Made by a program: the position numbers and the translations under genes
From: Octopus vulgaris
Lineage: Eukaryota
Reading direction: 5' to 3'
Length of the DNA stretch: 64,000 nucleotides
Assembly: GCA_951406725.2 (NCBI GenBank)
Contig: OX597815.1
Location: 170,128,001-170,192,000 of the forward strand
Notes under the pieces: model-generated
What the model saw: the letters and a program-made list of their open reading frames with translations, nothing else
Databases searched by the model: none
Told to the model about the DNA's origin: nothing
Part shown: piece after piece, positions 1 to 13,559 of the stretch
Layout of the letters: each line of letters opens with the position of its first letter
Position numbering within the stretch: the first letter of the stretch is position 1

Positions 1-42
1 TGAAGAATTAACTGAACAAAGCGTCGATTGTGTCCACCACCA

Positions 43-82
43 TTACAATTGCTGCGCAGCCCGTTTAGATTGTACAGAATCA
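43..82 (-). CDS. Candidate terminal coding exon of an unidentified host gene ((S)DSVQSKRAAQQL*)
   Basis: Minus strand: branch-like TCTGAT, pyrimidine tract CTACTGCTCCTTTTGTTGA, acceptor CAG (85-83). A phase-2 start matches the phase-2 end of the 3550-3618 exon and reaches TAA at 45-43. A phase-1 frame is also open to the window edge. Confidence 0.4.
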
Positions 83-280
83 CTGTCAACAAAAGGAGCA
101 GTAGGATCAGAAGTACGTCATATATAATGAATGCTTCCTTATCTTGCAAAGCAATATGTACATCCCTAAATGAATCCGTTCATGGATTCTTCACGTAAAA
201 AGTACCCAAAAATCTGCTGAGTTTAGCCACTTCTATTGACTACATTTGAATCTTCTTTATGAGTTAAGTTTTAATACAAC

Positions 281-470
281 AATCCTTTCTACTTTAGGCA
301 CAGGGCCTGAAATTTTGTGGGAGGGGACTAGTCGATTACATCAATCCCAGTACGTGTTAGGTATTTATTTCATCGACCCCAAAAGGATGAAAGGCAATGT
401 CGATCTCGGTGGGATTTGAACTTATAACATAAAGCCGGACGGAATGACACTAAGCATTTTGAGCTGGCTG
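281..470 (-). mobile_element. SINE, group A (GTCGACTTTGCCTTTCATCC central domain), diverged copy
   Basis: Reverse complement matches the 627-838 copy (central domain and GTGCCTAAAGTAGAAAGG end). Confidence 0.8.
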
Positions 471-626
471 TCTTACAGCTGTAGAATAAAAATGATAGTA
501 ATAATTAAGGAACGAGATATATAATGTATGGTAATTAGTGTGACAGAAATTATTGCCATGGTAGTGGAATGCCAGAAAAAATACGTAACCTGCAAATAAA
601 ATAACGTGAATATTCCCACAAAACGA

Positions 627-838
627 AGGCGGCGAGCTGGCAGAAACGTTAGCACGCTGGGCGAAATGCTTAGCAGTATTTCGTCTGGCTTTACGTTCTG
701 AGTTCAACTTCCGCCGAGGTCGACTTTGCCTTTCATCCTTACTGGGTCGATAAATTAAGTACCAGTTGCGTACTGGGGTCCATCTAATCGACTGGAATCC
801 TCCTCTAAAATTTCGGGCCCGGTGCCTAGAGTAGAAAA
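627..838 (+). mobile_element. SINE, group A, full copy with 19-bp TSD
   Basis: Head GGCGGCGAGCTGGCAGAAACGTTAGC, B-box-like GAGTTCAACTT, domain GCCGAGGTCGACTTTGCCTTTCATCC. TSD GAATATTCCCACAAAACGA at 608-626 and 839-857. Confidence 0.92.
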
Positions 839-1659
839 GAATATTCCCACAAAACGAGATCCATGCTGCCCTTTAAAAGCGTATATGCAATGTGTAATAT
901 GGAACATCAAAAATTCATGGTAGTTGCACGAAGTTGCTAGAGGTACAAAGTTGTGATATAGCATAATACTATACCATTCCTTTAACGCCGAAGGCCATCT
1001 ATGATGCTATTTGGCTTCATGTTCAATGAGAATTCGTAAGATATTCCATTAGATTGATTCTTTTCAAGAGGAAACGAGCTTAGAATAAGATATTTTAGGA
1101 ACAGTTTGCACATGTTCTGAAAAAGTTGAATAATCGTCAAATTTCTATAACTCTGATACTATCATCCTGTATCTATAATGTTGCACAAATATTCTCTGTT
1201 TATCAAAAAAGAAAAAAAAACCCAAAGCAAGTACAAGAACAATAACCACAATAAAACAGACGACGCGATTCGATAGATCTGAACAGTTGTTAGAAATCAG
1301 TTGCTGGAAATTCTTTCTTTGCAGATATATAATTAATTGATGTGTGTGTATGGGTACGAGCATATATGCCCATATATGTATATAAAATGAAGTAATGGGT
1401 AAGATTATTTCACTCTATAAAAAAGCGTGAATTAAGAGAAAAAACATGTATCTATGTATATTACATATGTATAAATGTATGTGTGCATGTATTTATGAAT
1501 CCCTATATATATATATATACGGAGATGTACTATATAAGTAATATCTGAGATAAACGAAAACAATATATATATATATTCATATTTATAATATGTAAATAGA
1601 TATTTGTCATGATATTTTAGCGACGAAAATATATATACTTATGTTGATGAATCACAAAT

Positions 1660-1665
1660 GGCATA

Positions 1666-1746
<81 letters not shown>

Positions 1747-1767
1747 AATATATATATATGTATATAT

Positions 1768-1798
<31 letters not shown>

Positions 1799-1950
1799 CA
1801 TATATGCATATATATATACATACATACATATATAAATATATATATATATATATGTATGCATTTGAATATAGTACATATATGTGTATGTACGTATTTGTAT
1901 ATATATATATATATACACGTATGTGTGTGTGTGTGTGTGAACATACATGT
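1660..1950. repeat. (TA)n/(CA)n microsatellite complex; similar arrays near 2855-3020, 5805-5986, 8240-8540, 9940-10540, 19290-20075, 53755-53935 and 59990-60330
   Basis: Direct reading; these arrays produce the poly-YI/HT ORFs in the track. Confidence 0.97.
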
Positions 1951-2149
1951 ATAAAAAAGAAAAAAAGTGAGAGAGCAAGAGAAAAGGTGGGAGGTATAGG
2001 CAATTGTAAGATATACAATACGCAGAACCATACATCAAATTGTAATGACATATATATCGAGTTAAAAAGATGTTTGAAAACCAATACAATGCCCATCAAA
2101 ACATAGGAATGAAAACACAGTGGTAATCAAATAATGTTGACATAACAAC

Positions 2150-2600
2150 GTCTTACACTTTACCTAATTTTCCGATATTTCGAGGTTAATAACACTGCGG
2201 CTGGAGAGAACGTAGGATGGTGTCGTGTTGCTAAGCTTTTTGAGATATATAGGAGGAAGTGGACATGCATAGAATGGTATACTTACTATAAACAATTTAC
2301 CTTGCGTAATTCGCGTTTGTTGTTGATCGATGGCTTTGATGGCTCTCATGACCCTAAATGGCCGATGTTACATTCTGTTGTCTTAATGTGTTCCGAATGT
2401 GGTTTTTTCTTTTATGTATTGTTTAAATGGTGGACATGTCTGATTTCACGTGTTACTTGATGAGTAAATGTAGCTTTCGAACGGTGTATTCATTGTAGGT
2501 ATTGCAGCAGTTACAGAGGCTTTCGAGAACATGTTCAAATCGTAAATAAGCAAGTTGTGCAGTGTGAATACCTCTTAGCTATCTTTTGATTCCAACTCGC
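2150..2600 (-). mobile_element. Possible highly decayed Penelope-like GIY-YIG remnant
   Basis: Minus strand reads LCNCCNTYNEYTVRKLHLLIK*HVK, resembling CxxCxxxYIGxTxRxLxxRxxEH, with SAI*GH downstream; stops present. Confidence 0.3.
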
Positions 2601-2927
2601 AAATACCAGCTTCCAAACTCTTTCACGTATCTGAGTAAAAATACCAGTTCAACACAATGTTTCACTTTCACGTGAAGAACGAGGACATTAAGACCGAAGT
2701 ACAAAAATATAAGGTAAAGTTTAAGCAATTCTTTTGTCTTCATTACTAATCTTTTCACTCCAATATTTCAGGCTGCATTGCATTGGCTTTTTTACAACTT
2801 CAATTTTAACCTCAACTATCACAAAAGGCTTCACTCGAACTACTCTATGCTGATATGTGTGTGTTTGTGTGTATACATATATATGTATATATATATTATA
2901 TATATATCGTATATTATATACATATAT

Positions 2928-2976
<49 letters not shown>

Positions 2977-3549
2977 TATATTATATACATATATTATGTA
3001 TATATATATATATATATATATTTACACATTATTTTTCATTCATATACATTGTGTTCATAAATCTGAAAAAAAATATCAACTTATTGAAAATTCAAAACGA
3101 CTAGCCAACAACATTCTATGTATGAAGTCTACTGAATGTCATATACATACATATACATATATATATATATATATATGTGATATGATATGATATAAGCAAA
3201 ACACTACCATTCTACCATTCTACCGTTATTAAAGCAAGCATTAAAACCAAGACACAGCATTCCGCTATATTATTATCAGTTTTAGAAGTACATCAAATTT
3301 CAACTCACGAAAGATTTGCAGTTTCGGATTGACGTTGTCTAAAATATTTTTAAAAGGATTTAATTAAATATATTGTTTTCAATTATTTGGTAGTAAAATG
3401 ATGCAGAAATTGAACACGATACATTTTAGGACAGAATGTAGGAAGAAATAAATAGGTAAAGTAAGAAAGGATGAATCATGAATAGAATGACATTGATAAA
3501 AATGAATGTAGAATATATGAATAAAGTGTTATAAAAAGATAATAATAAC

Positions 3550-3618
3550 CTTCGCCATTGCTCTCTCATTTCCAGAAGCTCTGCCCTGGATCTTATACGG
3601 ACTTCTTCTTTCTTGAGT
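3550..3618 (-). CDS. Candidate internal coding exon, 69 nt, phase 2-2 (LKKEEVRIRSRAELLEMREQWR)
   Basis: Long pyrimidine tract TTTCATTTCTTTCTATCTTTCTTTATCAATTTATCGTTCTAG, donor AG|GTTATT, length a multiple of 3, charged helical peptide, higher GC than the flanks. Confidence 0.6.
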
Positions 3619-5801
3619 CTAGAACGATAAATTGATAAAGAAAGATAGAAAGAAATGAAATAAATCGACTTAGTTAAGTAGTTTTGATAGTTCATAGAAA
3701 TGATGGAAGAAACAAGGTACATTTCATTGATATTCTATTACGTGAATACAAAGAAATGAAAAGATTTGCGACATATAAATGTGTTCCGATTGGTGTGATT
3801 CTACTAAACAGATTCAGTAATAATGTCGATTGACGTAAAACATATATCTCTGAAAGATGTGTTATTGAAATAAAAGACAAAAGAAGGAGAGAGAAAAAAA
3901 AGACACTACGACAAGAAAGAAATGACTGCCCCAAGCAAAATATTTTAGTGTTGAAATCGATGAAAGTAGATAATTTTTCATTGAGACCAGGCAGAGTATT
4001 TTGTTTTTCTTATTTATGTATTGTTTATTATTGCAATTTCTACTGTGTGATGGAATTGAATGATTAGGATGGAAAGCTAAGGTGTTTGTGCGTTTTCTTT
4101 CCTTTTTATACAAATGTACTGGTTCTCGATAATTCAGTAATTGCTTGAAGACAAAATGATAATTATATATACATATACAAGCAAACACACAGGCACAGAC
4201 AAACTCGTGCGCGCGCAGACACATGTAAACACACAGACTCACTCATAGACACAGATACACAGACACACGCATAAATATATATCTGTATATGCGTGCGCAC
4301 ACACACACACACACACACGCGTATATATACGCTTGCATACATATATATAGTTATATAAATGTGGCCAGGCAGTGAAATCTTTTCTCTTCACTTAGAACAT
4401 TTGATTGATTGAAACTATGTCAGAAATTTACAACAAACCTTATTCCCCCACCCTCTCCTCCCATATTCATGTAGATATCTGATTTGATATTTTAATTAAA
4501 ACAAGGAAAATTGTGTTTATTAGAAACAATGGCACTCGTAGAGAGTCTGCATACAAATCATTTATTTTTCTCCCTCTCTCTCACTGATTCGACATAAGAA
4601 TGCATAATGGTATATTTACGACTCTAGGCTATGTCGATCTTCATTCCTTAATCTCTTCTTGACGTTCTGACATGTGAATGGACAAGTCCCTTAAATCTTA
4701 GCGCATCTTAGAGCGTCTTACTGCGTCTTAAAGTTAAAATTAGGTTCCAATACAAGAACATCCCGCTTTGACTCTGTAATCTATGTTGTATTCTAGTTGC
4801 TAAAAGTGCAGAACTTTTAGTTTTGTCATTTCCGAGTTAATTTTATCCACTTTGAAATGATTATGACAGTGTCGTACTAAAATATATCCTATTGTGGCAT
4901 TTTATAATTTGCATAGTAACTGGTGTCACAGGATTCTTCAGTATGAAAAGGTATTATGCTTAAACTACCTAATAATTATAATATATTTTCAGAGCAAAAA
5001 AAAAATATTTTAACTACTTATATATTTGGCAAAAATATTTACTTGAAGTTATTAAATAAGTGTTGGCATACAACAACTGAGATGTTCAGTACACGTACAC
5101 GCACACACGTACACATACTATACACACACACACACACAGAAAAAAACATACACAAATAGCTACATACAATCTCATGCAAAGAATTCTAGAGAAAGAATAC
5201 AGATTCTAGCGAACTGCTGTTTCGTATAATTTATATAAAGCTTAACATGCCAAAGTTGTATTCGTCATATCACCTTTTGATTGATATGCCAACAACAGAT
5301 CTAATTATCATGTGATGGAAGAATGAGGCGTCTTTGTGAATGGTATTCTATATTTTCAATGAAATATTTCTATTCTAAGAAGCTCTCAGAACGAAGGAAA
5401 GAGATTAAGAAAATCTAGCTCATAAATAGACGTCATTCGTTCTTGTATTACACATATACAAAAGAATATTGGCAGCAGCAAGTGCGTAACAGGAGCAAAC
5501 TAATGGGTAGATAACAATTTCTTGTTCAGCTGTCATAACTATAAAATGGGTCTAAAGAAAATTTAACTGGTTCGTAAGAAGAATGGGTCATTAATTTTCA
5601 TCAATTTTCAATAATGTTTCTACTAACTGCAATAACTTACGTGAGATAGTAGCTGTTGCTCTATTACTAGAAAATTTGAGAGATAGTCTAAGGGATGATG
5701 CAAAAATATTTAAGATTTTGCTAGATATTTAATAACTATAAAATCAGTGAAAGTAACATGATTAAAAACAACACTAGAATTGACATAAAATTATCAGTAT
5801 G

Positions 5802-5980
<179 letters not shown>

Positions 5981-5987
5981 TATATAA

Positions 5988-6326
5988 GTGAGGCGCATGG
6001 CTCAGTGGTTAGAGCGTCGAGCTTACGATCGTGAGGTTGTGAGTTCGAATCACGGACCGGGCTGCGTGTTGTGTTCTTGAGCAAGACACTTTATTTCACG
6101 ATGCTCCTGTTTACTCAGCTGCAAAAATTAGTTGCGACGTCACTGTTGCCAAGCTGTATCGGCCTTTGCCTTTCATTTGGATAACACTGGTGGCATGAAG
6201 AGGGGAAGGTGGTATGCATGGGTGACTGTTGGTCTTCCATAAACAACTTTGCCCGGACTTGTCTTGAGCCTGGGAGGGTAACTTCCTAGGTGCAATCCCA
6301 CGGTCAGTCATGACCGAAGGGGGTCT

Positions 6327-6330
<4 letters not shown>
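5988..6330 (+). mobile_element. tRNA-derived CORE-type SINE, group B, tail type 1 (RTE-like)
   Basis: A box TGGCTCAGTGG, B box GAGTTCGAATC, CORE-like GTGTTCTTGAGCAAGACACTT; inserted in (TA)n; close copy at 32110-32426. Confidence 0.92.
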
Positions 6331-6359
<29 letters not shown>

Positions 6360-6401
6360 CTAAGGCGTGAGCTAACTTTTCTGCCAGCCTGCCGCTTATT
6401 T

Positions 6402-6605
6402 AAATATTCTATAATCCTAAACATAATTATAATTAGGGGCAGCTAATTGCTTCACCACATACCGAATTTAGAAATAGGAGTTTAAAAAAGTGTGTTACTG
6501 TCTGGGAGATACTTACAGTAGTACAAAAGGAATTTTTAACTCCTATTTCTAAATTCGGTATGTCAAGCTGCACCTAATTATAATTATGTTGATAATAGAA
6601 TATTT
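6402..6605. repeat. Fold-back/MITE-like inverted repeat
   Basis: Perfect 26-bp arms ACATACCGAATTTAGAAATAGGAGTT (6457-6482 / 6538-6563), outer 25-bp arms with one mismatch (6420-6444 / 6566-6590), and AAATATTCTAT/ATAGAATATTT outermost. Confidence 0.85.
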
Positions 6606-6771
6606 GTATAAATTTTACCTATAAAGGTTATTTTAGCGTACCGATCTACTTGGTAAAATTATTAATTAACTGATTGATTAATTAATTAATTTTATTAATT
6701 AATTTTACCCTTTTATTATTAATTTTAAATTGTGTACCGTCTTCCCTTCTCTGGATCTTTCCTTTTCCTGT

Positions 6772-6806
6772 GTTTCTGACGAAGAGCTCCGCTCGAAACG
6801 TTAAAT
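6772..6806 (+). ncRNA. Minimal type-I hammerhead ribozyme motif in a Penelope-pLTR-like insert (about 6725-6910)
   Basis: GTTT-CTGACGA-A-GAGC(TCC)GCTC-GAAA-C/GTT-AAAT: both core boxes, 4-bp stem II, palindromic AACGTT stem III, 4-bp stem I with one G-U. Confidence 0.7.
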
Positions 6807-7829
6807 CCTCCTTCTTCCCTTCCTTCCTGAGCGTCCAATAATACTATATTTGTTCCACGTCCTCGCGTTGTGGAGTTTTCTCTTTGTGTTTTCATGTTTG
6901 GATTAACTAACCCCCCCACACACACATATACATATATACAACTTATGTATACACATATATACATAAGTTGATATTGTTGCGCCGCACCACACAGATTCAT
7001 GTATGACGCTAATCTAACAAGTCACCTTCTAAGACATTAATCTGCATAAATACACGTACAAAAATTGTAGATATATTCACGTTAACATATAACTTTTTAT
7101 TTTCCTAGTAATTGTAAATGCCATAATTAGCGCCCTTGAACGTTTTACAGTTATTTTCAAACCTATAAAATTATTGAAACTTTATAGAGAAGCATGAGAT
7201 ACTTAATTTCTTTTGGAATAGTATTTGTTTCTGTAAATTTTAGACATACTATGTGTAAATTCCATATTGATAGGATAAGACTAAATGTGCAGTCTTGGAG
7301 AGAACATCAATGGAAACGATATACTTTGTTTTACGTTTGTTACTTCTCCCTTTTTGAACGTTCTTACGTTTTATTTTTATCACATCACGGCAAGTAGTAA
7401 ACAAGTTTCTTTAAATCGAAGGCATAATCTATGTATGATAATACTCTGCTACGCTTTGACTATGGTAATAACGCGCTGACAAATCTCAATGCACAGTGTT
7501 ACAGCCGTATTTTCATATCAGATAGAGATGCATATGGCTGGAACTTATTCACAACCTCAGTGAAAGAAGGACAGTAGCTGCTCAACAGACCCAGGCATAT
7601 CAAAGATTACAACGTGACTGCTGACATGGTAGACTACCGCTAAAATGTTTAGGTGACAAAGCTGACAGCAATAGGACTACAAAACAAAATTAACACGTGA
7701 CTGCTGATCTGGATGTCTAACAGTCAAACTATAAACGTAAGTGAGACGTAAGCTACTACGAGAAGGGAAGAAAATTGACTGGTTACGCTGTAAAAGACCA
7801 AGGAAAGATCCATGTTAAGAACAATATTG

Positions 7830-8110
7830 CAAACCATCCGAAATGAGGTAATTCAAAAATAGAGCGGAGTCAGCGACATGATCACAGAATAAGTAAAGCA
7901 TGCATTCCGTTGTTCTGGACCTGCCAGAAGGTCCACTGAAACAGGTGACAACCGTGGAGTTGCTGAGTGGTATCCAAGAAATCGGAAAAAAGGCACTCGG
8001 TAGGCCTCCACGACGAGCAAGACGATTGCGAGGAAAATGGAAAAGAAGGGTGTAAACAAGAATTGGAAGTTTATTGTGATCAGTGGTATGTAACAACATC
8101 CGATAATCTG
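7830..8110 (+). mobile_element. Decayed RTE-clade LINE 3' ORF fragment
   Basis: With frameshifts reads IRNEVIQK*SGVSDMI...VAEWYPRNRKK.ALGRPPRR, the RTE C-terminal W.P...R.GRP motif. Confidence 0.65.
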
Positions 8111-8236
8111 ATCGATGCCTATAAGTATCAGGTAGATATATATATGTATATCTATACCCATATCTTCCCCATCCCTTTGTCTATCTAGTCTGACTATCTC
8201 CCCCTCTCCTCCTCCTCTCTATCTGTCCTCTCTCAA

Positions 8237-8355
<119 letters not shown>

Positions 8356-8497
8356 ATATATATATATACATATATATATATGTATATATATATGTATATA
8401 TGTATATGTATATAAATATATATATATATATATTGTTCAATTAAATGGAGCTGCATGAAACGATCGTGTACTGCATTACCTCTGGATATCCTTGTTG

Positions 8498-8544
<47 letters not shown>

Positions 8545-9934
8545 TATCTAAAGTAAAATACTATCAGTCAATTGTCTAACGCATTATTTATTATTCATAT
8601 AACAGATTTTTATCTATAATATTATGACTTTGACTTCGTTCCATAGTTTATCTGTAACGTAAAATAGGAACAATAGAAATATCGTGTGCATTACTGATTA
8701 TGTCTTCGGCATTTTTCTATAGTTAAAGCGTGACATACATAGACGATTGCAAAATACTATTTTACATTAAATACGATATCTTTTTTTTTTTTCGGATATA
8801 AACTGTGCATTTGGTCAAAATTCGTTGTAGCATACAAATATATGAGCAGTTTATATCGCTGTAGCATTAAGCTAATTTATTCATGGAATATAATCACAAA
8901 AATAAAGCAGTATACTTTTACTTCTTGTTACAGCCAGAAGCAGTAGCCATGATAGGGCACTGCAGTTATGATTTAGAGAGGTAATTTTGATAATTAAGGA
9001 GTCCACGATCTATTTCTACTAACGGTTCGCACGATTATTTCCTCCACATTCTACTAGCACACATTAATAGTCTATACTGATTTTTCTCTCAATAGATTAC
9101 GACCGAGCTGGGGCACTGAGGTACCAGCTAAAAGTGCTTAGCGATCATATTGGCTCTCGTACTTTACACGGGTGATAAATCAAGTACCGCGCAAGTACTG
9201 TTCAATTGTTCTCTCTTTCTCTCTCTCTCTCCCCCCTTTTCTCCCTTTCTCTCTTTATCTCTGCCTGCACCTGTATTTCTCTGTCCGTTCCGTTCTATAT
9301 CTGTATGTCCCTTTCTTTCTCTCTTTCTTTCTTTCTTTCTTTTTTTCGTTCTTCCTTCCTTTCGTTCTTCCTCCCTTTCCTTCTCTCTCTTTCTCCACTT
9401 TCTCTCACTTTACCGCCCTCCGTCCCTCTTACTTTATCTCCTACTGAAGAATTTGGAAAAAGTTCCGACCAACAAATTCTATTCAAAAGCTATTAGTCAC
9501 CCTGAGACTACAATACAAGGGAGATGCACAAAGTACCGCACGTTGGTATTGAGCACAAAACCAGATGATTGCAAAATCAACTTTTTAGACACGTAGCTAT
9601 GCCCACGCCGACATACCTAGGCGCACTCTAATTTTAACATAGCCACTATTTCATACATACATGAGTGCATGTGCACACGTACACAACATCCATACTTTAT
9701 TCTTGAAGCATAATCAAGAATGTGCACTCTGAAGTATGCCATGATTTCTGTTGTTAAATTTTTCTTTTGCTTTGAAATTCCTTCTGGATTTGTTAATGTT
9801 ATGCGGTGGTTGGCTGTGCAATACATCTGATACCCGCTCGGATTCCACATATATTGAGATTCAACGAGGGACGTACACTCATAGACAATATATACACTAC
9901 AGACACACACTAATGCATAGCTAACTCAGCGTAA

Positions 9935-9985
<51 letters not shown>

Positions 9986-10058
9986 CATATAAAAGTCTAA
10001 ACACATTTATGAATACATGAATAACTAGATATAAAGACAGTTCTACATACATATATAC

Positions 10059-10108
<50 letters not shown>

Positions 10109-10253
10109 TTATTTATACGCACACACATATATATACACATATAAGTTCATGTATGTGTAATTATAATATATGTATACATATATGCATAATACATATTTAT
10201 AATTACATATACATGCACTCAGACTCACGCATATATATATATATATATATATT

Positions 10254-10339
<86 letters not shown>

Positions 10340-10395
10340 TATATGTATATATATATATATCTGTCTTCGTCTTTATGTTCTTTTTCGTAAACTCT

Positions 10396-10450
<55 letters not shown>

Positions 10451-10475
10451 AGAGTGTGAGAGAGAGAGAATAGAG

Positions 10476-10544
<69 letters not shown>

Positions 10545-13423
10545 CAATTCGAAAGATAAAATGAAACGCGTAAGCATAATGACTGACTTTATTGTTTTAT
10601 GTCCATGTTATTGTGTCTGCGGGGAAACTGCTAGCAGTATTCAGATCAATCAAACGAAGTCTGTAAGAGACTGCATGAGACTGATACCTGGCAACGAGAG
10701 ATTTTCATACAAAACGAAAGCTTTCTATGTAAAAGTATATCTGTGCTTCTGCACAGAAATGGTGGACAGTAAATAAGATTTAATCGTTACCTATATTTGT
10801 ATTCTCTTTCTTTTTCTCGCAAAGTCTTACGATATTTTTCTGTCTCTCATGTTAATTCAATATCCTCAATAATTGTATTCGTAGAAAACTGCTTAGTTTT
10901 GCAAATCTACGTCGGTAATAATAGTTAACATCTCAACTTATCTTCATATATGCTTGTGATTACTGTTTTACTTGCTTTGTTGATTCGAAAGAGTTTGACA
11001 GAATATCAAAGTTATAAGATGAAAATTCGGATCAGTTAATATCCATTTATTTATTTATTTATTTTTGCAAACTAAATACTTTAACGTAAAACAGAGAACG
11101 GTAGCACACCCGACCTATTTTAGGTCTTCCGAGAGGGCCGGAGAAAATGAAGAATTCGTAATGCTGGCTTGAAGACCGCCTTGAATATTTGCAGAAAAAT
11201 GTGCTTCGACAAAGACAACTGATAGCCAAGTGGTTAAGTTAAACTAAGCAATGGCTTAAACCTGCTATCCCAAAATAGGAGAGATAAGTCCAATTGCCTT
11301 TCATGCAATTTCCGATTACGAAATTTCATGCAAAAGGCTGTATTTGACCCCAGATAAAGATGGGCAGCACTCGCGCAATGCCTGCCAGTATGATTGTAAC
11401 TGAAACCAGTTAGTTGTGAAGCAGAATTCTTAACCACCATCCCTTAAACAATCACACATACACATACGAGTGCGCACATATATGTGTGTGTGTGTGTGTG
11501 TGTATGTGTGCGTGTGTTGTTGCGTGTATGGGTATGAGCAATCCAATTTTAATACTTTCAAGTTCTTGAAGTTTTGCACATTACCAAGGAGAGGGCAGTA
11601 AAGTATTTGACTCGATCCCGTGGAAGTCTCAGGAAAAACTCAGTTACGTACTTACTTCATTACTTAGATTTTCACCTATGATGAAAGAAAGTATTAATAT
11701 AATGCAGTTGGACCTTTACTTTATGAGTGAAAAGTTTTGCAAATTACGAAATATATGGTCATGTGTTGATTATTTCTTTACTTTCATTTTTTAAAGTTAT
11801 TTTCTCTTACAAGGAGAAACATATTAGACATCTAGAAACGATGTCGCTGTTTCCTTCCCGCTCGGTCATGCTCAAATAATCTTATTGTGAAAGTTTATTC
11901 AACCATAATCATCTTGAGGTTTATTAGGTGCCTTGTGTTTAGATTTACCCCGACATTTGGGAGAGATTAGGATGCTGTTACTAGTGGCTCAAAATTTCCC
12001 TAATGAATTCGTGTGAGCAGATATGTAATGGGGATAAATGATGAGGTGTACAGTTTAGGGTGACTGGAAGAGGAATATTATTTGCTAGTAATGCTATATC
12101 TTAAACAGAATTAGAAATGGTGTCAAAGAGAACATATATAGATATCATAATACTATTAATATACGAGCTAACTATATGATTATACACGATTAACGTGGGC
12201 AAATAGAACAAAAGTTATAAATGGCCGAATATGGAACACTGCAATATTTGACAGATTACATTGCATTTTCCTAACACTTATAAACGTGTTCTAATTTTTA
12301 TTTGGTAGGTAGGGTAGTCCATCGGACTCCGATGACAACAAAGTCTGTGTTCTCAATGCTGAGAGCGCATTTGATTCCGCAGCCCAAAGCTGGAGGCACA
12401 TAAGCGCCCATAAAAGTCACCGCGATAATTATTATTTAGTTACGTCAAAACTCCCCCAAAAGTGTCTAATTTTACACGAAACTTTTATCATTCGGACACT
12501 GAGTTAAAGAGACAAACAGTGAGGCATTAACGACAATTGGAAGTAAAGCATACTTGTTAGGGGGCTCTATCTTAAATACAAGAGACCCATTGAAGATTTT
12601 TACACTAAAACAGTGTATTTGTTTGAAAAATCTTATTGCATATGGAAAAATACGAAGTTATAAATTCAGTGATTAGCATTTATTTGTAATTTTTTTAGAG
12701 GCTATTAAGTATTGCTATTTTGCATAAACTATTCAAATATAAGCGAAGCTGTTCTCTAATACTTCCATTACGGGCATAATTCCAACAAAATATTTTATTG
12801 GAACAATATAAATGTTAGTTACACGAAAACACAATTAATGCAGAATATTACCAGATTACAAAACAATAAGGTTCTTCAAACTCACTCAGGAAGAGTACCC
12901 TAAGAGAAAATAATTGTCAATTGCTAAACAGAGTCGTGAATAACAAGAATAACTACATCATTCTATCGAGATTCTTTGCTTGAAAGAAACTATAGTATTA
13001 TCTCATACATTAGCAGAAACTTCTTTTAAAACAAGACCACAGCAACACACAAACGCTTTCAGTTCCAACCCTTTCTGTCACAAGGAGATCACTACATCGT
13101 GCTGTCATACAGAGAAAGAGTAAGGATGAACATACTGTCTTCATATTGTACATCAAGGATGGAACCATTCCAATCCGTAACAATTTCTAGAGCTGTACCC
13201 TATATACCTTATACCTTATAATCGACAACCGCAACACCAATAACGAACTAAAAACAAGCAAAAAAGGTAAAAGTTTTAAAGTGCTCGTAAACAGTTCGAA
13301 GTTATTTCTTGGTCATTTTAAGACAACAACAAAATCAGTGATGCTGCTGTGCATCGCTAAAAGCCTTGGGCACCAGTTAAAACTTTCACGAAGCAATAAG
13401 TATGTACCTCGAAAGACACAGAC

Positions 13424-13559
13424 CTGTACGGTTTCCTTATCAGAACTTGTGCGTGTAGACAAATCTCCCGTCTTCACAATATCGGTTGTTGTCCGAGAGA
13501 AAGGTTGGAACCAACACAGCTGGCACAAATGTCGCCACAGACGTTGCCACCACAAAAAG
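13424..13559 (-). CDS. Candidate internal exon (136 nt; open frame FLWWQRLWRHLCQLCWFQPFSRTTTDIVKTGDLSTRTSSDKETVQ)
   Basis: Acceptor TTGTTGTTTTTGTGTGATGTTTCTTCCAG, donor CAG|GTCTGT (alternative GAG|GTACAT ending at 13408); non-repetitive GC-raised island; only one frame open throughout. Confidence 0.45.

Noticed and set aside
1617-2106. Long ORFs of YI/HT/VC repeats, here and at many other loci
   Set aside because: They are translations of (TA)n/(CA)n microsatellites, which lack stop codons.
5990-6062. tRNA gene (also at 46408 and 40783)
   Set aside because: A and B boxes are present but there is no proper acceptor stem, and each continues into a SINE body.
9617-9910. 97-aa minus ORF with a GTATGT donor after it
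   Set aside because: No convincing acceptor or recognisable motif, and the frame ends in a stop at the donor.
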